A DNA stretch of 64,000 nucleotides from Amoebidium appalachense (lineage: Eukaryota > Protista > Ichthyosporea), in the NCBI GenBank assembly GCA_963693365.1, contig CAVNZM010000004.1, positions 330,448-394,447 of the forward strand, given 5' to 3'. Both the position numbers and the translations under genes were made by a program. Positions 52,837-64,000 of the stretch are shown here, piece by piece; the stretch's first letter is position 1; each line of letters starts with the position of its first letter. Under the pieces are notes generated by a model. The model saw only the letters and a list, made by a program, of their open reading frames with translations, was not told where the DNA came from and searched no databases.

Positions 52837-54629
52837 AAGGTAGTGAGTGAGGTGGGTGAATGTGTGTTTGTGTGGGGTGGGCGGTGGGGGGAGGGGGGGG
52901 GGGGGGGGGGGGGGGGGAGTGAGTGAGGTGGATGGATGGGTGTGTGGGTCTGTCTGTTCAAATGTGCACGTGGTCGTTGTGGAGGGGGGAGAATGGCGCA
53001 AAGGGGGGGGGGGTGGGGGGGGGGGAGCAGCTGGGTGGGTGGGTGGGTGGGGCGGGTGTGTGTGGGGGGGGGGGTTGAGTGAGGTGGGGCAGGTCGAGGT
53101 GGGTAGATGGGTGGGGCGGTAGTGAGAGTGGATTTGTGTGTGTCGAAGAGGAGGGAGGGGGGGGGAGGAGGGAGCAGGTGGGTGGGGCGGGTGTAGGTGT
53201 GTGTGGGGATGTTCGGGTGTTTGTAGGGTATGGGGGGAGGGAGGGGGACAGGTGGGTGCCTGGGTGGGTGGGGTGGCTGCCCGGCTGGGGCCCTGTGTGT
53301 GTGTGTGTGTGTGCGCGCGCGCGCGTGTGGACCATGGGTGGGTGGGAAGGCGGTTGTTGTTTGTCATGTGCGTATATTATCGTGCTTGATGGTGTGGGTG
53401 CAGGTGTATGTGGACCTTTAATAGGTTGCTCCGCGTTAACCACAGGAAGGCTTTCTGGTTGCAGCGCGTGGCCCTACTAACTTCTTGGTTCACATGCATT
53501 CAGTCGATGGGGTGGTCATGTGTGGGCACAAGCACGTGTGGAACGGTTATATTCAGTCATTCGGGGACTTAGACCTTCCCCTTACCCGCTCCCCTCCACA
53601 CACACACACACCCACCTCCCCCCCCGCCCCTCCCCCCCCCCCCCCCCCCCCACCCGACTTCCTCCGGGCTCAACTCTACCCGTTTGTATGCTCTTTACCT
53701 GACGTGTGTTGTTTCGAACAGGGGGGTGGACCCATTGTCGTCCAGCAATGGCAGTGAGAGTGACGTCAGCAGTGTGGCCAGTGCACACAGTAGCGATATG
53801 GACATCAGTGATCTGAGTGAGGAGGAGCAGTGGCAGCTCAATGAGGCAGATGTCGTGGTAGGGCCATGCAGATGGGGGCATGCAGGCATGCGAACAGGCA
53901 CACAAGACATGCATGCAGGCACGCAGGCACACTTGCGCAACAAGCAGGCACACAGCCACACGTGCGCACACAAGCAGGCATGCAGGCACACATGCATACA
54001 GGCACACAGGCCTACAGGCACGCATGCATACAGGCCCACAGGCACAAGCACACATGCAAACGAACACATGGGCGCAGGCACGCTGGACAGACAGACATGG
54101 ACACAGGATACGGGCTAGTGATAACATGCATGCAGGCAGACTGCACAGGCATACACACACATGCATACATGCAGACGTTCAAGCACACTAGCACAAGGCC
54201 CAGCATGCAGGCGGCACACGACAGGTGTGCCTGTGCCTGCTTGCACACACTTCTTGCCAACGGTCATCCCAGGCGCAGAGCATATAAACACAAACTAAGC
54301 GCCTGACACACATTTAGGGGCCTCTTGTTTAGGAGGAGATAGGTGTTGGAGTTGAGAAAAGGCCAAATGTGCTGTAGATAAAGGCCTGAAGATGTCACAC
54401 CATGTGCAGGCGCAGGACTGGTGTGGGCTGACTCTCAGCCAATGAGAGATGCTGGATGCTTGCTTGCAGCCAATCAGGGTTAGTGTGTACTGACTCTCTG
54501 CCAATCAGGTGGACCAGCGGAAGCGCTACTTTTTGGAGGATAAGACGGTCACGTGCCGTATGTGCGGCCTGCCGGGCCACCTGGAGAGGGACTGCAATAA
54601 CACACACCTGGTACGTGCACACACACACA

Positions 54630-54663
<34 letters not shown>

Positions 54664-55241
54664 ATACATGCCCTTGCAAACGCTACACGGTTCTACTTGA
54701 GATTAGGTGAGAACGGTTGAGGCTGTGTCGATGTACTATTCCATTCGGTGCTAATGATTGGGGCTGGTGAGGAGCTTACTAAACGGGTCTCGGAGGGAAG
54801 GGGGGGGGGGGGGAGGGGGGGGGGGGGGGGGGGGAGGTGAAAATTGACAAGTGGTTGGTTCATTCTACCTGAAAGAGTATCCCTTTCTACAAGGAGTCTA
54901 CTTGTGTTGCATGCCTTGGTGTGATTGTGTATCTTTTGCCGCATATCTGCATTGCTTCGTCCGTTGGGTGAGCTTTGTGTGCTTTCGATCGAGCAACATT
55001 ATAAGCCCCCCACCATTTGGGAAACCTACAAACCTCTCATCTGCTGTCGGTGAAACCCCTCGTCCCCAGACTGGAAAAAATAGGGAATACGAATAAGCAG
55101 AGAGGGCCAGCCAGGAGGCACATGCTAGTACACAACGCACACCACCACACGCAGACAATCAACATATTCCTCACTTTAACACACACACACACACACATGC
55201 TAACGCCAGACACACGAGCACACACACACACACACACACGT

Positions 55242-55296
<55 letters not shown>

Positions 55297-55790
55297 CACT
55301 ACACACACACACAGCACTTGTGCTCGACATGTGGGGAGATGGGCCACAACTTCCGCACCTGCCCCTTTGGCTGGTGCACCCGCTGTGGCAGCGCCGGCCA
55401 CTCCGCAAAGGTCGGCCTGTGTGTGTACGTGTGGAGCACGGTGTCTGTATTTGTGTGCACGTGTGGAGCACGGTGTCTGCGTCTGTGTCTGTGTGCACGT
55501 GTGGGGTACGGTTGTTCCGTGCTCTTACTGTCAGCCTATGTTGTCAAGTTTGCTGCATTTGGTCAATTGAAGAAAGGGGGACAGGGAAGGGCACATTTAC
55601 ATGGCACAGCACGTGCTTGTGTGATGGTTCTGGATGTGTGTTTGTGTGTCCTTTTGCAAGCAGGTGGAAGGCCATGGAAGGGAATCGCGTGGTGTGCATG
55701 TGCTAAATATGGCCGCAGGACTGCAAGGCACGGGTGGAGTGTCTGCGCTGTGGCTCAAGAGGCCACGAGCTGACCGTACATACCCCCCCC

Positions 55791-55837
<47 letters not shown>

Positions 55838-56299
55838 CTTGACGCGCTGAACTTGCTTAGCACATGCGCCAACACCACCATCAACACGAGCCAGCCCACA
55901 CATACACTCTATTCAGAGGCTGTTTCTTTTTTTTGTTCCCTTCATAGGATAGGAAGTGGAGGGTCGGTATTTGTTTGTTTTTGGGCTGGTTTGTTGGGGG
56001 TTGAGGGGTTGATTTGTGTTTGTAAGGGAACTGTATGGACACCTGCAGAGCGGATGACCGGGAGCAAAGGGTGCAGGTTGCTGGGGGGATGCTGACATAG
56101 TTGGTGGGTGCAGAGGTGCCAGGAGCTGTGGCGCATGTACCACAGCACAACGGTATGTGCACATGCATGGTGTTGGGTTGCCTGGGGCTTGGGCTCGGAC
56201 TGTCTGAAAGTTCCACCGTTGCAAAAGCATGCTCTTGGTATTGTCCACACTACTATGATATAGGTGCTTGTTCATGCAATGCTGACATGTGTTGCATCA

Positions 56300-56387
<88 letters not shown>

Positions 56388-56518
56388 TCCTTCTACCTTT
56401 CTGACTGGCTGGGCCTTGCAGGAGGACGGGGCTGCGCTGGTGACGGCGGCATCCATCAACCCACGGCCCATGTGCTGCCTGTGCGGCAAGAATGGCCACT
56501 TCTACTATGTGCGCACAT

Positions 56519-56552
<34 letters not shown>

Positions 56553-57008
56553 GGGGGGGGGAGGGGAGGGGGGGGGGGGGGGGGAGGTGTGGTGTGGGGT
56601 GTTGGTATGGGGGTGGGGGGTGGGGGCCGGTATGCGTGGGGTGTGGTGTGGGTGTTTTGGGGGGGGGGGGGGGGGGGGGGGTGGTATGAGGGGTTGGGTG
56701 GTGTGGGGTGTTGGTATGGGTGAGGGCGGAGGTGCCAGCAGTTGTGCATGCGTTTGGATCAGAGGAGTTTGTGGGCATGCAATTCTCGTTGTGGGTGTGC
56801 ATGCATGTGTTGCTGTATGTACCTGCATGCACTTCCACATGTGTTGTGTGCGTGATGTGGGTGGTTGGTGGTGTGCACAGGCAAGCCCGGCTCTGATCCT
56901 TTGCCTCCCTCTGTCGGTGTCTGTGCAGTTGGTTGGGGGCGTAGCCGTGACGTCACATTAGGAGCAACACCCATGCATCCGGCATGAGAACTAACGCTAC
57001 CGTCCGTG

Positions 57009-57039
<31 letters not shown>

Positions 57040-57400
57040 AGCAATGCATGCGTGCTACGGGAGACATGGCCAGCCCATTCCCCAAACACTACCAGGGCAC
57101 GGAGGATGTGCTAGTGCTGCTGAGGCGCAACTACGGATATGGGCCAGCGCACATGGCCACGGACGGGTGGGTGCTGGTGTGTGTCTGTGTGGGTGGGTGT
57201 GCATGGGGGACAAAGGATTGCAACCCCACAAAAGGATATGCATACTCACGTGGCATGGGGTTTGTGTGCTGTGTGCATGTGTTGTGTGTGTGTGTGTGTG
57301 GGTTTGGGGGGGAAGGAGGGGGGAGGGGGGAGGGGGGAGGGAGGGGGGAGGGGGGTCTTGTCTGTCGTGCTCACAAATCATGCCTACTGTCCTTGTGCCC

Positions 57401-57439
<39 letters not shown>

Positions 57440-57922
57440 CGCCACCACCAGCACCACCACAGGCCCTAATTATGATGCATACTCCGTGTGTGTGCGTTCC
57501 AATTTGCCTGATGATTTTGTTACCTGTCATAAATATTCACACTCCGTCACCCATTCTGTAACACCCCTCCCCCTCCCCCCCCCATATGATCATGTTGCAG
57601 GGTTGATATTAACACCCACCCCCCCAGGGAGGATGCCGTGCATGGCCGGGGTCATACCCCCCGGCTACCACAGTATGGGCTCTATGGGGATGGCATTCTG
57701 CCCAGCCCAGGCCTGCTACCCAGCACCCCCGCCTACCGTGCAGGGCGCTACACCAATGGCTACCTCATGCCTCTGTCGGCAGGCAACAGCCCCTACCACA
57801 CCCCCAAGTCAGACTGGAGGGACTATGCAGACGAGAGGAAGAGCAGAGAGAGCAGCAGGGAGAGGGATGACTGGAGACCCAGGCAGGGGCCCAGCCACCA
57901 CAGTGGGAGGAGACGCTGGTAG
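51575..57922 (+). CDS. ZCCHC7: Air1/Air2-ZCCHC7-like zinc-knuckle protein (TRAMP complex RNA-binding subunit)
   Basis: Exons 52153-52363, 53722-53857, 54509-54610, 55315-55410, 55719-55775, 56114-56152, 56422-56508, 57042-57166 and 57628-57922 join in phase. RYF motif precedes five CX2CX4HX4C knuckles, with LWRMYH (the Air IWRxY motif) between knuckles 4 and 5. The first exon (ATGACAG, 51575-51581) is tentative. Confidence 0.85.
56301..56386. repeat. (TGTGCC)n hexanucleotide microsatellite
   Basis: About 14 perfect copies, intronic. Confidence 0.95.
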
Positions 57923-59677
57923 GGGATAGTTGGCTGTGTGAGCTCATGTGTATGAAGGACTTGTTAGTTGTTTGCTTGGTTTCAATTTGGGTGTGGTTTG
58001 GGATGCTGCCCCCCCCCCCCCCCCCCTGCACCCACACACCCGTCATATAAGAACCCAACCATCACCACCCATTACATACCTGTTACCCACCACACATCTA
58101 TTACCCCCTACATCACCCCCTACACCCCCATCGCCCCTCACATCACCCCCTACACACCCATCACCCCCTTCACCCACATAACCCCCTACACAAGATCAAC
58201 CAGCAGGCACACCCAGTGGCACACACCTCTGCGCCTGCCCACCATTCTGGCCAGCTGAGCCTGCTACCCTTGCAGCCTGCTGTGCCTGCATGGCTCCACA
58301 CACACACGCGCGCGCGCGCACACACACACACACACACCGGACAAACAACTGAAAACGTGTTTGACCAAGTTTCCGGGGTCGTTCTGTTCTTTTGGTTTTC
58401 TTCTTTTGTCAAGGTGTCTCGGTTTCTCACAGATAGTAACTGTGTAAATGTACTGGAGGAGTGGTATGAACTGCACGAATGGCCATGTGGGTATTTTGGA
58501 GATATTCTGTAGATAGTCGTCGAATTTTGATCGTGGGCCCCTATAAATTGCGCAAACGGCTTGGCCCGGATCTAATTATATTTGATATGTGGGCTTGGCC
58601 CACTGAGCCTGCCTGGTGGTGTTCGAGTGTTTGCCATGCTGAGCCCTGTGGGCTGCAAAAATTAAAATCAGTCTGGTGGTGGTGGTGGTACGGCTAACCC
58701 TCAGACCATAGTACCCAGATAAAGGCTTGTGCGTGCGCATGCGCATGTGCTTGTCCGTGGGCCGTGTGTACATGTTCCCGTGTCCTTGTGGTTAGGTTGG
58801 GTTTGCCTATTGCTTTTGGTGTGCATCAGGAGAGTGCTTCAGTTGGTACCTTAAGGGCACAGAATTAGTTAGTTACACGTTGTAGTTATGTAGGCAAAAT
58901 GGGTGGCGCACACCATGCACTGCATGGCATACCATGGTGATGCAATGTAGGCCCTTTGGGCCCATGACGTGGACCTGGATATCTTCCCCTCCGTCCCTCC
59001 CCCCCCCCCCTCGGGGCCCCGCAACCCCCACCCCGGAAGTTCCCCCCAGAGTCTCCCCTCCATCCCCCGACCTAGAGGGGCAGGCTTCAGAGGCGACGCG
59101 GGCACACGCGGGCGCATTGCACTGACACATACACACACACACACACATGCACACACAAACGCACACACAAACGCACACACAACACACTTGGCAATGCATA
59201 CACACATCATCGAGTGTGCCTGGCACACACAAACACGGCAAGAATAACTGTCCCCCCACCCCCCTCCCCCCACCCCCACGCCACACCCCCCCCTAACCTC
59301 CCCCAACCAACCAAGCAAAGGGCACACACCGACACAAACACACACACAGTGTCACACACACACACCGTCACCGTCACCACAACTACTCCCCCGGTACGTA
59401 ACTCATGCAAAAAAGTGCACACTCAATAGACGTATATATATTTGAGGTCTTTGCACGGCAGTGCTGTCGGTTACCAGCAAATATTCGTGTGTCATGTGGG
59501 CTATCCCTAAGTACAGATTGTTTTCTTTATTGTTATTGTTTTTTCTTTCTTTTCTTTTTTGTCGGTGGAGGGGAAGATTTTCATTCTTGCATGCAGTTTC
59601 TGGTTGGTTCGTGCATGAAGTGTTCACTCCTTTCAGCAAACATATATATAGAACAACGTGCCGTGACTGTGTGTACC

Positions 59678-59759
<82 letters not shown>

Positions 59760-60060
59760 TGTGTGTGTGTGTCACGTGTGAGTGGGTGTGTGTTTGGGTG
59801 TGTGTTTGTGTGTGGTTGGCACTGAGGCCTGTCCCAGTGAGTGTCTAATAATAGATAGTGCTTTATCTATTAATGGACACATGAGGCCCTTATCAGTCGG
59901 CATGGTGGCATGGTACCCGGCAGCCTTCCTATTGGTCGGCCCATGTCACGTGGCTACTAGCTCAATCAGCAGGGATGATAGGTCTATTTATAGATGGTGG
60001 CAGTCAAGTGATGGCCGTGGGCCCACCTGTCAACCCACCCTGCCTGCCCAATTGCAAAAG

Positions 60061-60067
60061 TATAAAA
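60061..60067 (+). promoter_or_regulatory. TATA box candidate for the gene starting at 60195
   Basis: TATAAAA about 130 nt upstream of CCGCCATG, with CCAAT at ~60048 and ATTGG at ~59931. Confidence 0.45.
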
Positions 60068-60194
60068 GGATGGCCCAGGCAAAGAAAAACACAACCCAGC
60101 CTGAAGTGCATCGGCAAACACGCTTATACACAGTTCAACCCAAACAACCACCACAACACCTTCTCTTCTTCTTCTCCAACACAGTATCACCGCC

Positions 60195-62822
<2,628 letters not shown>

Positions 62823-63316
62823 TAATGACTGTAGCTAGTACATGTGATGGCACTGTACGATCAATGGCGAAGACTTTAAAAGTGAACGGCTCCACACGAA
62901 CACGTCGGGCTGAAATTTATTTTCCTTTTGTCAAAAATGTGTTGCCCTATTTTGGAGGGGAGATTATGGTCCTGCTTTGTATAACTGTGTTGTCCTTGTT
63001 TGTGTCTATAGGATGTGCGGCCTGATTATTGGCGTATGCAGGGATTGACTAAAATTAATGTGATTTGAAATCTTAAAGATAAATAGTGCATTTTTTCCCC
63101 AAAAAAATTAAGATAATAGGGTCTACCAAACCTGGTGGATATTTACGATCCTATGGGGAGAAGGGGGGAGGGGGGGGGGGGGGGGGGGATGTTGCACAGA
63201 ACAACTTGGGGCGAGTTAATAGTGACAATGTTTTGTCGGCTAGTGAGTATATGCATTGCTAACGATACACCACTCTCACGCCCCTGGTTGTCGTCACCTC
63301 TAAATGAGTGTTCCAA

Positions 63317-63350
<34 letters not shown>

Positions 63351-63553
63351 GGGGGGGAGTTGGAGTTGTGGGGTGGGGGAGGATTCGAACCACCAACTGT
63401 AACCTGAAGGGGGGTGTTTGGGGGGTGTTTGGGGGGGAGGGGGGGGGACCCACCACCCATATGGGAAGGAGCCTCCCCCTCCCCCCGTCCCCCCTCCCCC
63501 CTCCTCCCTCTCCCCCTCCCCCCGGCCCCCCCATACCCCCCCCCCCCCCCCCC

Positions 63554-63587
<34 letters not shown>

Positions 63588-63757
63588 GGAGAGCCCCAAG
63601 GAACCCATCCACGAACCCACCAACGTCTGAATTGGTCACTATTTTAGATAGTGGACACAAACACACGTCGGTATCATCTTTAAATGCTTTAAATGTTGTA
63701 TCCATCTTTATAGGTTAGGCTAAATGCTTACAGTGTACGGCACTAGCCAATGCCATC

Positions 63758-63788
<31 letters not shown>

Positions 63789-63905
63789 AAAGGAATGTGG
63801 GGAGGGAGGGGGCGGAGGGTTTTCAATATTTACTACTAGCTGATTTAATCGAAAGTCAAAAAACCTTATATATGCTGTGGGCACAGGTATAAGCACATCT
63901 TTTCA

Positions 63906-64000
<95 letters not shown>

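Noticed and set aside
54509-56508. Retroviral/LTR Gag nucleocapsid interpretation of the CCHC knuckles
   Set aside because: The knuckles are split by spliceosomal introns, number five, and include the RYF and WRxY motifs of Air/ZCCHC7; no pol or LTRs nearby.
58085-58195. ITPYTP-repeat ORF downstream of the Air-like gene
   Set aside because: Low-complexity C-rich repeat past the stop codon at 57922, with no supported splice connection.
63365-63405. tRNA-like T-arm/B-box on the minus strand (GTTGGTGGTTCGAATCCTCC)
   Set aside because: No D-arm/A-box, anticodon arm or 5' acceptor strand; at most a tRNA or SINE remnant.

Overview
Eukaryotic, intron-rich window saturated with (CA/TG)n microsatellites and long poly-G/poly-C runs, so most of the ORF track is repeat noise. 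Gene content and intron density suggest an opisthokont protist, possibly a unicellular holozoan (inference only). Manual GT..AG splicing gives seven genes: (1) a two-TM protein resembling BK-beta/TipE channel auxiliary subunits, with PY motifs (+, 112-3614); (2) a secreted alpha-carbonic anhydrase (-, 6850-8416); (3) a ~29-kb UDP-glucose:glycoprotein glucosyltransferase of roughly 40 exons ending in RDEL (-, 13676-42469); (4) a type I mucin-stalk membrane protein with a LAMP-like GYxxI tail (+, 44822-46584); (5) PET100 (-, 48038-50745); (6) an Air1/2-ZCCHC7-like five-zinc-knuckle protein (+, ~51575-57922); (7) a candidate secreted prepropeptide (+, from 60195). Non-coding structure includes a TA-flanked MITE, two larger inverted-repeat elements, a Helitron-like 3' end, several minisatellites, a ~28-bp repeat/spacer array behind the PET100 stop codon, and splice acceptors built on (AC)n or poly-C instead of U-rich tracts. 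All coordinates were read by eye and no database searches were run.
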